DNA from: a virus
Taxonomy: Duplodnaviria; Caudoviricetes
Virus record (IMG/VR): IMGVR_UViG_2609460327_000001
Coordinates: 32,001 to 96,000 of that record
Direction: 5' to 3' (one strand)
Length of the DNA: 64,000 nt
The notes under the pieces were generated by a model that did not search any database, was not told the origin of the DNA, and worked only from the letters and a program-made list of their open reading frames with translations. The position numbers were made by a program, and so were the translations under genes. Every line of letters starts with the position of its first letter. Position 1 is the stretch's first letter. Positions 37,223 to 45,575 of this stretch are shown piece after piece.

Positions 37223-37385
37223 CAAGTCGAGAACACAGACCCGACTTGGCAGATGACTGCAGCAGCTCTCCTCAGAATAGCTGACTGGACACAGTATGGT
37301 TTACTCCGGATGAATCGTGTAGCTTAGCATGGGCTCACGGCACCTCCTACAAAAAAATAGTCCGGAGTATGCCTATACTCTTTTT
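37223..37385 (+). ncRNA. Putative ~160-nt small RNA or attenuator
   Basis: It has a promoter upstream and no sense ORF. Hairpins are CAAGTCG/CGACTTG, CAGCT/AGCTG and TACTCCGGA/TCCGGAGTA. The terminator is GAGTAT-GCCT-ATACTC-TTTTT. Confidence 0.55.
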
Positions 37386-37516
37386 AGAGAAAAGGGCTTC
37401 AAGTAAATAGCCACAGATCAAGGACTGCCACCCTACCTGTTAAATTACACCTCCAGTGTTGAATATAGCGTTGGCATCGCTCTTGAAGCCTTTTCTGTGA
37501 AAAGAAATCACAAAAT

Positions 37517-37559
37517 AAGAACATATGTTCTTGATATTTTTTGCCAAATGGCTTAAAAT
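37517..37559 (+). promoter_or_regulatory. Gram-positive LexA (Cheo) box abutting a sigma-A promoter
   Basis: AAGAACATATGTTCTT (GAAC-N4-GTTC) lies directly before TTGATA-17 bp-TAAAAT. Confidence 0.7.
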
Positions 37560-37565
37560 ATAACT

Positions 37566-37648
37566 CAGCGAAGGATACGTGAGATCTCCAACCTCATACA
37601 GCTTCACTTGTTCGAAAAGCGGCGGGCGGCACACCTGCTGCTTTTTTT
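37566..37648 (+). ncRNA. Putative ~85-nt SOS-regulated small RNA
   Basis: It lies between the LexA-box promoter and the terminator AAAAGCGGCGGG...CCTGCTGCTTTTTTT, with no RBS or ORF. Confidence 0.55.
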
Positions 37649-37718
37649 GTTGCCCAAAATAAGGGTTGCTTGCCATCTCCTAAATATGTTATGATCGTTT
37701 ACGAGAGAATACATCAGA

Positions 37719-37744
37719 ACATGTTATAATATGATATAACATGT
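37719..37744. promoter_or_regulatory. Perfect 10-bp inverted repeat over the parM promoter (candidate ParR operator)
   Basis: ACATGTTATA-N6-TATAACATGT overlaps an extended -10 (TGtTATAAT). Confidence 0.6.
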
Positions 37745-37765
37745 CGAATTAGGAGGAAAACAATC

Positions 37766-38959
37766 ATGGCGGTGAAAAAAGTGAAAGATTTGAAGTTGAA
37801 GCTAGAGGACTTATTTGATTTTGATCTTGCAGCAATTGATATTGGTTTTAATGGAAGCAAGCGTATGTCAAGCTTAGGTATGTTCGGTGTTATACCAAGT
37901 ACTGTTATGCCTACAAATGAAAAATTCGCAAATTCCTTCAAACACACAGAAGTTGATGAGTCGCGCTTGATGGTGAAGACTGCTGACGGTTTCTACCACG
38001 TAGGTGAACAAGCAATGAAGAGTAATAAGCTTCTGGTCACAAGTCGGACAACCAATCATGACCGTGCGTCCGATCCTTCATTCAGAGTTATGTTTGAAAC
38101 CAATCTTGCACTATGTGTTCCTCATGAAGATGGAGAATATGATGTCTACTTAACAACCGGCTTGCCGAATGAGGATTTCGATAAAGGTATTCGCACACGG
38201 TTGGAGGAGTACATAAACCAAAGTTTTGAAGTTGTAATCTACCTTGGTTATGGAAAGAAAATCACTAAGAAAATTAACATTATTGGATATGAAGTTCTGA
38301 GACAGCCAGAGGGAAGTGTGACATCTACACAATTTGCCTTTACAAGAGAAGGCCTTCTGACGACTACTCTCTACAGAGCTTTGACTGCTGTTGTTGATAT
38401 TGGCCACCTGACTACAGACTATGCATTATTCTCCGAAGGCGTATATGTAGAGGAAGAAGGAACTTACGGATCGACACTTGCGACTGCTGAGCTGTACAAG
38501 CGACTCAAAGTGAGCATGGCTATTCACTTTGATAATGAGTTTGGAGTTGCTTACAGTCCAACGGATGATGAACTGGATTCAGTTGTTCGTGGAGAAGATA
38601 TCGAGTTCAATGGTGCTTCTCATAAGTTGTATCATCTTGTAGAAGAAGCCGCGAAGGAAATCTCGGCAGTCATTGCGAACGAGGTCATTACGTCTTGGGG
38701 TCAACATGCGAACCGCGTGAAGATCATCTTGCTTACAGGCGGCGGTGCTCATATCTTCCAAGACTTCCTGAGAGAAGAGTTTGCGAAGCGTAAGGTACAA
38801 GCCTTCTCTGTAGTGGAAGATCCTCAAATGGCTAACGTATATGGATTCTACATCCGAGCAGCCATGAACCAAGTCAAAGAGATGGAAGATGGATCTCTGA
38901 ACTTCGAGCAGGTATACGAAAGATTCATCAAAGATATATTCGAAAGCGAGGCAGCGTAA
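37766..38959 (+). CDS. parM: ParM/StbA-family actin-like ATPase
   Basis: AIDIGFNGSK (phosphate 1), LTTGLP, QPEG, VVDIGHLTTD (phosphate 2), LLTGGGA, DPQMANVYGF. Confidence 0.9.
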   Translation: MAVKKVKDLKLKLEDLFDFDLAAIDIGFNGSKRMSSLGMFGVIPSTVMPTNEKFANSFKHTEVDESRLMVKTADGFYHVGEQAMKSNKLLVTSRTTNHDRASDPSFRVMFETNLALCVPHEDGEYDVYLTTGLPNEDFDKGIRTRLEEYINQSFEVVIYLGYGKKITKKINIIGYEVLRQPEGSVTSTQFAFTREGLLTTTLYRALTAVVDIGHLTTDYALFSEGVYVEEEGTYGSTLATAELYKRLKVSMAIHFDNEFGVAYSPTDDELDSVVRGEDIEFNGASHKLYHLVEEAAKEISAVIANEVITSWGQHANRVKIILLTGGGAHIFQDFLREEFAKRKVQAFSVVEDPQMANVYGFYIRAAMNQVKEMEDGSLNFEQVYERFIKDIFESEAA

Positions 38960-39120
38960 TGGCTGAAGAAAGAGAGACAAAACCACAGAAGGTGCCTAAA
39001 ATCCAAGTCATCATTCGGGATGTCGATACAGATATTAAAGAACATTTCGAAAAGATTAAGCCAGGTGATTGGGCAACAGAGGCCAGACGACTATTGTCGA
39101 AAGCTATTGAGTCGGAGTAA
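38959..39120 (+). CDS. ParR-like ribbon-helix-helix adaptor (53 aa, not in the ORF track)
   Basis: TAATG-coupled to parM. KIQVII strand followed by two helices (DTDIKEHFEKI, WATEARRLLSKAI). Confidence 0.65.
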   Translation: MAEERETKPQKVPKIQVIIRDVDTDIKEHFEKIKPGDWATEARRLLSKAIESE

Positions 39121-39180
39121 AACGCAGGAAAATAACGCTTTCCAGCGGAATTAAATGAAATGAAATAGAATCACTTAAGA

Positions 39181-39210
39181 TAGAGTCCCTACATGGGGCT
39201 CTATTTTTTT
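39181..39210 (+). terminator. Intrinsic terminator of the par operon
   Basis: TAGAGTCCC-TACAT-GGGGCTCTA-TTTTTTT. Confidence 0.85.
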
Positions 39211-39352
39211 GTGCATTCATAGGTGCAAATGTCCTGAAAATACCAGAGCCTGTACAATTAAGCTAAGGGGATAGACTGCCCAAACAGTACCGATCGGGGT
39301 CAAGGGGTCATTAGATCTACCCCTTTTTTCGTACTTACAAGGAGGAGAATTT

Positions 39353-39706
39353 ATGAAGCCATATGTCTGGAAAGAAGGTATGAGTCTGGAGGAAACAAAA
39401 GACGGAGCCTATTGGGAAAGGAATATGCTGGCGCTATTGCTGGCTAACTATATAAATACATCCAATCAGGAAATGTGGGGGCTAATGGCCAACACGACAT
39501 GCGGTTGGTATTACGATACGGATAATAACTGGGAAGGATGGCTTCGCGTCATTTCCATCAACAGTGGAGCGATTACATTCCATATTCCAGACAGCTTTGA
39601 TGTTGGCACCCTGCCAGAGATTAAACCTAATTGGGATGGGCATAGCACAGAAGAAAAATGGAAGAATGTCATGAAGACTTGTGGCGTCATTCCAGAAGGA
39701 GAGTGA
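39353..39706 (+). CDS. Phage hypothetical protein
   Basis: AY.ERN...ITFHIP...WDGHS.EEKW; AAGGAGG RBS. Confidence 0.7.
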   Translation: MKPYVWKEGMSLEETKDGAYWERNMLALLLANYINTSNQEMWGLMANTTCGWYYDTDNNWEGWLRVISINSGAITFHIPDSFDVGTLPEIKPNWDGHSTEEKWKNVMKTCGVIPEGE

Positions 39707-39709
39707 CCT

Positions 39710-40450
39710 ATGTCTAATACTGGACCTCGAACCGAAGCCGGGAAGATGGTCGTCTCTCAAAACCTGAATCCTACGGCTTGGACACAGAATCCTGCCGCTA
39801 TACAGGCGATAGATGTCGCCCGCAGGCTTCGCAGTACAAAGCATGGGCTATATGCATCCGTGCCAATCATCTGTAAAGCAGAATCCTGCCCTTATCGTGA
39901 GTCTTGCCCTCTCATGCAAATGCAAATGGCACCCTTTGGCGAGAAGTGTCCTATTGAGATTGCTGCGATTGAAGATCTCTTTGACCGATACTGCACAGAC
40001 CTCAAGATTGATCGAGAGGATCCGAAAAATACGGTCGATCTCATCATGGTTAAAGAACTCGTTGATATTGATGTGTCACTTCTCAGATGTGATAACAAGA
40101 TGGCGATCGATGCGGACTTCATCATAGAGAACGTGGTGGGTATGACAGAAGACGGAGATGCGCTAGTGAAGAAAGAATTGCATCCCGTAGTCGAGTATAA
40201 AGAGAAGCTGAGAAACAGCAAGAACAAGACACTGCAGCTCTTGAACAGTACGCGCCGTGATAAGCAAGGGACGAAGGTTACAGTTGAACTTGATCCGGCT
40301 TCGAGAGCTTCACAAATGGTTAAGGTGAATGACGATATGGATGCTCATATGGAACACGAGGATGAAGCACAGCGCAGATACTACGAGAAGATGAGGGGCG
40401 CAAGCGAGCCAATCGACATTACGCCAATTGAAGTCGAGCCGATTGAATAG
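39710..40450 (+). CDS. Putative terminase small subunit
   Basis: GPRTEAGK...KHGLYA motif and its position upstream of terL. Confidence 0.6.
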   Translation: MSNTGPRTEAGKMVVSQNLNPTAWTQNPAAIQAIDVARRLRSTKHGLYASVPIICKAESCPYRESCPLMQMQMAPFGEKCPIEIAAIEDLFDRYCTDLKIDREDPKNTVDLIMVKELVDIDVSLLRCDNKMAIDADFIIENVVGMTEDGDALVKKELHPVVEYKEKLRNSKNKTLQLLNSTRRDKQGTKVTVELDPASRASQMVKVNDDMDAHMEHEDEAQRRYYEKMRGASEPIDITPIEVEPIE

Positions 40451-40461
40451 GAGGTGAGAAC

Positions 40462-40821
40462 ATGTATGTCAGAGGCGCTGTGAACGTGGGCAAATATATA
40501 GGGAAACAAGTCCCTTCGATGTTTGAGAGGAATACTCAACGGAGCATTAACAATCTGTACACAGGATTAGGTCTATCCAGAAAAGGAAAGGCAGTAGCTC
40601 TTACAGGAATGGGAGCTTACGGCGGATATCAGGTTGTAACTGGGCAATCCGAAGCCGGAAATCGAAATGCGATGGATGCTATGGATGATCGAGGGATTAT
40701 GTCGCTTCCTGGGACAAGATCGGATGGTATGGGATATCTAGGCGATCCTGCCGGTAATCAGGATTTGGCTGCCAGAGGTGACCTTGTATTTGCCCTACAC
40801 AATTTAAGGCATGGGGGTTAG
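40462..40821 (+). CDS. Gly-rich putative virion protein
   Basis: AGGAGGTG RBS and a central hydrophobic Gly/Ala segment. Confidence 0.6.
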   Translation: MYVRGAVNVGKYIGKQVPSMFERNTQRSINNLYTGLGLSRKGKAVALTGMGAYGGYQVVTGQSEAGNRNAMDAMDDRGIMSLPGTRSDGMGYLGDPAGNQDLAARGDLVFALHNLRHGG

Positions 40822-40825
40822 ATAA

Positions 40826-41269
40826 GTGGCCAATATGACAACACAAGCGTTGCCGCCAGCATCTGGAGATGGAGGCGTCAAGCAGTTTAGAAAAGAAGGA
40901 AAGATCGCTCGGACTTTTGGGGCAGGAATGGTTGCGGTCGATGCCTTTTCTCGAATTAAAGACGGGGAGAATGCGGCTGTTGCTATCGGTAAGGCTGCCC
41001 TGACGAATGCCGCGTGGAACCTTATGCCTGGTGGCTTCCTTACAATGGGGGTTATGGCAGGGGTATCTATGACGCCTGAGATCATCCGGATGACCGATGC
41101 AGCCAAGGCTGGCATACGACAGAAGTCTTCTATGTTTGGAGGCGGATTCACGCAGAATGAGGGGCAGATGTACATGCAGCAGACGGGTATGCAGAATGCC
41201 TCGAATGCGAGAAACACAGCTTCCGCTATTATGTCACGGCACGCGCGCGGGGCATCTAAAGCCTACTGA
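40826..41269 (+). CDS. Gly/Ala/Met-rich putative virion protein
   Basis: ORF in the late operon. Confidence 0.6.
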   Translation: MANMTTQALPPASGDGGVKQFRKEGKIARTFGAGMVAVDAFSRIKDGENAAVAIGKAALTNAAWNLMPGGFLTMGVMAGVSMTPEIIRMTDAAKAGIRQKSSMFGGGFTQNEGQMYMQQTGMQNASNARNTASAIMSRHARGASKAY

Positions 41270-41286
41270 GAGGGAGGTGAGTAAAG

Positions 41287-41634
41287 ATGATGAGAAGCAA
41301 TGAGCCCTATCAAAGAGTCAGAAATCATGACCCCGTTTATAACGGCGCAGCTTATGGGGCTTTGGCCGGTGCGGCAAGCATGGGTGTGGCTCATGCAGGA
41401 GCAAAAGGGGCCTCACTTATAAGTGCAGCTAGGTCAGCAAGAAAAGATTCCACCCCTCTATTGCCGGAGTATGGATCCACCAAACGGACTGCTAAAGCAG
41501 TCGGAGTCGGCGGAAAAGTAGAACGAGGTTACGGCAAGGTGTTTGGTGGTGGCTGGAAGAAGGCAGGATATTATGCTGGTGCTGCTCTGCTCGGTGGAGG
41601 AATTGGAGCAGGAATTGACTATATGACTGATTGA
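41287..41634 (+). CDS. Glycine-zipper membrane-interacting protein
   Basis: GAAYGALAGAA and AALLGGGIGAG; paralog of the next gene. Confidence 0.65.
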   Translation: MMRSNEPYQRVRNHDPVYNGAAYGALAGAASMGVAHAGAKGASLISAARSARKDSTPLLPEYGSTKRTAKAVGVGGKVERGYGKVFGGGWKKAGYYAGAALLGGGIGAGIDYMTD

Positions 41635-41645
41635 GGTGAATAACG

Positions 41646-42014
41646 ATGATGCAATCAAACAACCCATATAATCGGGTAGATGAAGGAATCGGTTCTGGAC
41701 TCGTAGCCGGAGCAGTTGTAGGCGGTGCATCGATGGCTGGCTTGCAGTTCGGGGGAACTCAGGCTGCGCGAGGATTGCGAAACATGGCAAACCCAGTGCT
41801 AAGCAGAAACGCAGCTGCAAGAGCGATTGATGGAGGCATTCCTAAAATGGCAACCGCTCAAGGTGTAGCTGCCTCTGGAGCAAAGCATTTAGGTAATGGA
41901 ATCCGAGGAGCGCGGAAAATGGCATTTGGAGGAGGAAGAAACAAACTCCTATCTTATGGCGTTGGCGCACTTGGTGGAGCTGCGATTGGCGGTATTGCTG
42001 ACGGAATGAACTAA
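41646..42014 (+). CDS. Glycine-zipper membrane-interacting protein
   Basis: MMQSNNPYNRV vs MMRSNEPYQRV; GxxxG repeats. Confidence 0.65.
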   Translation: MMQSNNPYNRVDEGIGSGLVAGAVVGGASMAGLQFGGTQAARGLRNMANPVLSRNAAARAIDGGIPKMATAQGVAASGAKHLGNGIRGARKMAFGGGRNKLLSYGVGALGGAAIGGIADGMN

Positions 42015-42079
42015 AGACATCCTGCCTAGGAGGTGCACTCATGCAAACTTCATGAATAGTGAAGGGGTGCTGAATTAGG

Positions 42080-42310
42080 ATGTTTTTAAAATCTAACCAA
42101 TCATTAAATAGGATCTTGCTTCATGGCCGAAAGAATGATCAATGGGTTCCTCTGAAACATTTGCAAACTCATGGGCTTCACGACCAGATGGATTGGCCTA
42201 AAGCAGCTGATGCAGGATTGCTTCATATGAGGAAAAAAGAGAGAGGGTATGAAGTCAATCTCTCGCAAAAGGGATACCACACCCTAAGCAACCTCTATCG
42301 AGCGAATTAG
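42080..42310 (+). CDS. Hypothetical protein
   Basis: 76 aa with an RBS. Confidence 0.55.
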   Translation: MFLKSNQSLNRILLHGRKNDQWVPLKHLQTHGLHDQMDWPKAADAGLLHMRKKERGYEVNLSQKGYHTLSNLYRAN

Positions 42311-42319
42311 GGTGATATT

Positions 42320-44080
42320 ATGGATACTGTTGACGAAAGACAATTATTTGAAATGGAGCGTGAGATTCGCTCTGATCCGATCAAGTGGGCGTACTGGAAG
42401 CTAAAAGATCCGAAAGGTAATGCATGGAAAGCCCGCTGGTATCAACGAGAAATGATCCGGGGGATTATGAAAGGCGACCGGCGTGTTGCTGCTCGAATGG
42501 GACGCCGGGTTGGTAAGACGGAGACGATGGTTGTATTCTGTCTTTGGTACGCGTTTCATCATAAGAATAGCCGTCTACTTATTGCAACGCCATATGAACA
42601 TCAGGTGCGATTGATTTTCATGCGTCTGCAGGAGTTAGTCCGTGACTGTGAAGAGCTAAGTGCTTCAGTCACCATAACCAAGAATCCGTTTATCGCTTCC
42701 TTCGGAAATGGTTCCAAGATTATGGGATTTACAGCTGGTGCGAATGCCGGCAGTCAAGCCGGTGCGTCCGTCCGTGGTCAGCGGGCAGACTGGTTGTTCC
42801 TTGATGAGGTCGATTACATGTCTCGTGACGGTATCGATGCGGTAACAGCCATTGCGCTTGAAGACCCAAAGCGTATCGGTATTTGGGTAAGTTCCACACC
42901 TACAGGTAAGCGGGACTTCTTCTATGATATCTGTACAAATCCGGATACGGGATATATTTCGTATCATTTCCCGTCTCACGTCAACCCTGACTTTGATGAA
43001 CGAATGGAAGGCGAAATGCGTGCTACCATGACTCAGCAAGGTTATATTCATGAGGTTGAGGCAGAGTTCGGAGAAGAAACCGTCGGAGTATTTAATAAAG
43101 ACGCGGTAGAGCGAGCAAAAAGCCAATATCATTATAGTTATCGTTCTCTGAATACGTATGAGCGTGAGCAGTATCAGAAGCAAGGCATCAACCTAGATGA
43201 CATTGTTTATTACGGGCCTTATACTATAAATAACCCAGCGCCGAAGGCTCTCCGGGTCATCGGAGTGGACTGGGATAAATACGGAGCAGCGACTCAGATT
43301 ATCGTTACGGAGTTCGATGAGCAACTGAAGAAATTCAGAGTCTGCCTGAGATCAGAAATACCTCGGAGCGATTTTACGTTCGATAATGCGGTAAAACGAA
43401 TTATTGAGCTGAATGATATATATAACCCTGCCTTTGTCTATGTAGACGCAGGGAGCGGGGAATATCAAATCGAAGCGCTTCGTCTTCACGGTCGGGAGAA
43501 TCCATATACACAGCTAGATAAAAAGGTAAAACGGATTCAGTTCGCACAAACCATCGAGGTGCGTGATCCAGCGACTCGTGAAGTCGATAAGAAAGATGCG
43601 AAAAACTTCATGGTTAACCAAACAGCTATCCTATTGGAGCGGGATCGACTCGTTCTTTCACCATTCGATGATATGGTGTGGAAGCAAATGATGGATTACC
43701 AAGTTATCCGTATCTCTCAAAACGGAAAGCCGATCTATACGTCAGAAAATGAGCATGCACTGGATGCATTCATGCTGACGATCCTTGGATTTACATTAGA
43801 GTTTCCTGAGATCGCAAAGGTCTTGGAAAAGTTCAATGTAGCCACTCGTGCTTTCGTATCGCATAACACATCAGAAGAGAAGATCGCAGAGCAAGTATTT
43901 GGCGGTCAACGTGATATATTCAATATCCAAAACAAAAAACCAGAGCGTGAAGCGAGGGACAACCCGAACTGGCACTGGGAGAAAGTTCAACTTGGATATG
44001 GTGGAAAAAGAAGTAGAGGCGGATCGAATATATGGGGTCGCGGAAATGCGAAGAATCGTCCGACAAGAGCTAAGTTTTGA
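42320..44080 (+). CDS. terL: Terminase large subunit
   Basis: WYQ, MGRRVGKT Walker A, LFLDEVD Walker B, SSTP, IGVDW nuclease, and a C-terminal HALDA. Confidence 0.93.
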   Translation: MDTVDERQLFEMEREIRSDPIKWAYWKLKDPKGNAWKARWYQREMIRGIMKGDRRVAARMGRRVGKTETMVVFCLWYAFHHKNSRLLIATPYEHQVRLIFMRLQELVRDCEELSASVTITKNPFIASFGNGSKIMGFTAGANAGSQAGASVRGQRADWLFLDEVDYMSRDGIDAVTAIALEDPKRIGIWVSSTPTGKRDFFYDICTNPDTGYISYHFPSHVNPDFDERMEGEMRATMTQQGYIHEVEAEFGEETVGVFNKDAVERAKSQYHYSYRSLNTYEREQYQKQGINLDDIVYYGPYTINNPAPKALRVIGVDWDKYGAATQIIVTEFDEQLKKFRVCLRSEIPRSDFTFDNAVKRIIELNDIYNPAFVYVDAGSGEYQIEALRLHGRENPYTQLDKKVKRIQFAQTIEVRDPATREVDKKDAKNFMVNQTAILLERDRLVLSPFDDMVWKQMMDYQVIRISQNGKPIYTSENEHALDAFMLTILGFTLEFPEIAKVLEKFNVATRAFVSHNTSEEKIAEQVFGGQRDIFNIQNKKPEREARDNPNWHWEKVQLGYGGKRSRGGSNIWGRGNAKNRPTRAKF

Positions 44081-44244
44081 ATCCTCTGGAATGCCTGAAG
44101 TAATGCGTTGTCCCTTGCGGCCATTGGGCCGCCTGGTGGAAGGCAAAAATCCCCTGTATCCTTTCTGGCTAGGCTCATCAAACTCTCTTTCCCTGGGGCG
44201 CAGACTAATCTCTGCGCCTTACATATTTTATGGAGGTCATTAAT

Positions 44245-45498
44245 ATGTCAGAAGATATCTTTGGGCAGCGTGGTATAGATACATCCTATGAGCGGAATCA
44301 GGTTAACTATCGGCCGGATCTGAAGATGCCGAAGAAAGATAGGTTCTATCGAATTAATCCGGCAACTGTGCAAAAGATTATTCGTTCAGAGGATTTTACG
44401 ATTACTAGCGTTCTAAAGGGCTATTCAGAATTAGTTGAGCGAATGAATGTCTTAATGAAGATGATCGAAGATCGAAATCAAACCCCTAGCTTCTCTACGT
44501 ATAAGACAATCCTCGAATCAGGAGATCAGAGCAGCATTATTGAGCAAGAAGATATATTGTGCGGTCCGCGGGCTTCTGGTGATGCTGAAATTTACACGAT
44601 CCTATACCGAATGAAGGCATCCTGCTCGATGCAGTTCGAATTTGTGGACGGACACTACCGTACTCAGATTACAGATAACGCAGAGGTTAGTGCTGTCGAA
44701 GAATCAGAAGTCAATATGATTAATCAATGGATTGAAGCAGAGCAAGTCTTCAATCAGCTCACAGATGAGATTCAGTCTGCGTATTCGGATGAAGAGAGCC
44801 ATGAGGAAGATATAGCGAACTCGACAATCTCTTCACTGGAACGGCAGATTTATGACCAAGACTTAACTCGTCAACAGATGGAAGCATTGCATGTATCTCT
44901 ATCGGATACTTCATATGTACACCGAAACCGATATGTGATGTATTCTCAATTACTTGATCAGATGCAGTTTCTTATAACGAATCCAGCAGTTGTCATGAAG
45001 GATGATCTTAAAGGGATGATTCTACAGGTGGCACCCCTTGCTGATAAGTCTTCTGTTGCTGCTTATGTCCTGCTGTCCTTCCGCAACATAAAAGACAAGC
45101 TGACTGCATTGAAAGGGCAGTATGCGCTGATTGACGATCAGAAAGAATCCTTTGTTTCAAAGCAACAGTGGTTCTATCAGCAACTGGAATCCAAATCCGG
45201 TGTCGGAGTTAAGAGCTGGCTCTATAATCAATCGGATACAAATGAATCCATGAATGCACTGGCTGAAATCATTGTCGGCTCCTTATCGCAGAGTAAAAAC
45301 CAGTACGACTCATCCATTACAGATATGACTCGTTTCTATCAGCAAGAGGCAATTTTCTATAGTCAACAATACCAGCTTATTCAGAAAAAAGAGGAAATCA
45401 GAAGATTCTTGAGGATATTAGAGGATTTGCAAGAGGCAAGCAATATCGATGAAGAATGGGCAATTAGTTATTTGGAGACTAATGGATACGTAGTCTAG
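44245..45498 (+). CDS. Hypothetical alpha-helical protein
   Basis: ~417-aa ORF between terL and the portal gene, with a GGAGG RBS. Confidence 0.7.
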   Translation: MSEDIFGQRGIDTSYERNQVNYRPDLKMPKKDRFYRINPATVQKIIRSEDFTITSVLKGYSELVERMNVLMKMIEDRNQTPSFSTYKTILESGDQSSIIEQEDILCGPRASGDAEIYTILYRMKASCSMQFEFVDGHYRTQITDNAEVSAVEESEVNMINQWIEAEQVFNQLTDEIQSAYSDEESHEEDIANSTISSLERQIYDQDLTRQQMEALHVSLSDTSYVHRNRYVMYSQLLDQMQFLITNPAVVMKDDLKGMILQVAPLADKSSVAAYVLLSFRNIKDKLTALKGQYALIDDQKESFVSKQQWFYQQLESKSGVGVKSWLYNQSDTNESMNALAEIIVGSLSQSKNQYDSSITDMTRFYQQEAIFYSQQYQLIQKKEEIRRFLRILEDLQEASNIDEEWAISYLETNGYVV

Positions 45499-45504
45499 CA
45501 CAAG

Positions 45505-45518
45505 TGTAACGCCTTACA
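45505..45518. promoter_or_regulatory. Operator copy upstream of the portal gene
   Basis: TGTAACGCCTTACA, followed by TATAAT. Confidence 0.55.
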
Positions 45519-45575
45519 TTTTTAATATATAATTATTTAAGATAAAGTGACTTGCTCGGAAAGGAGATGTGTTTC

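Noticed and set aside
37301-37348. Minus-strand mini-ORF MLSYTIHPE behind AGGAGGTG
   Set aside because: It is only 9 codons with long RBS spacing, and the promoter and terminator point to a plus-strand transcript. It is kept only as an alternative reading.
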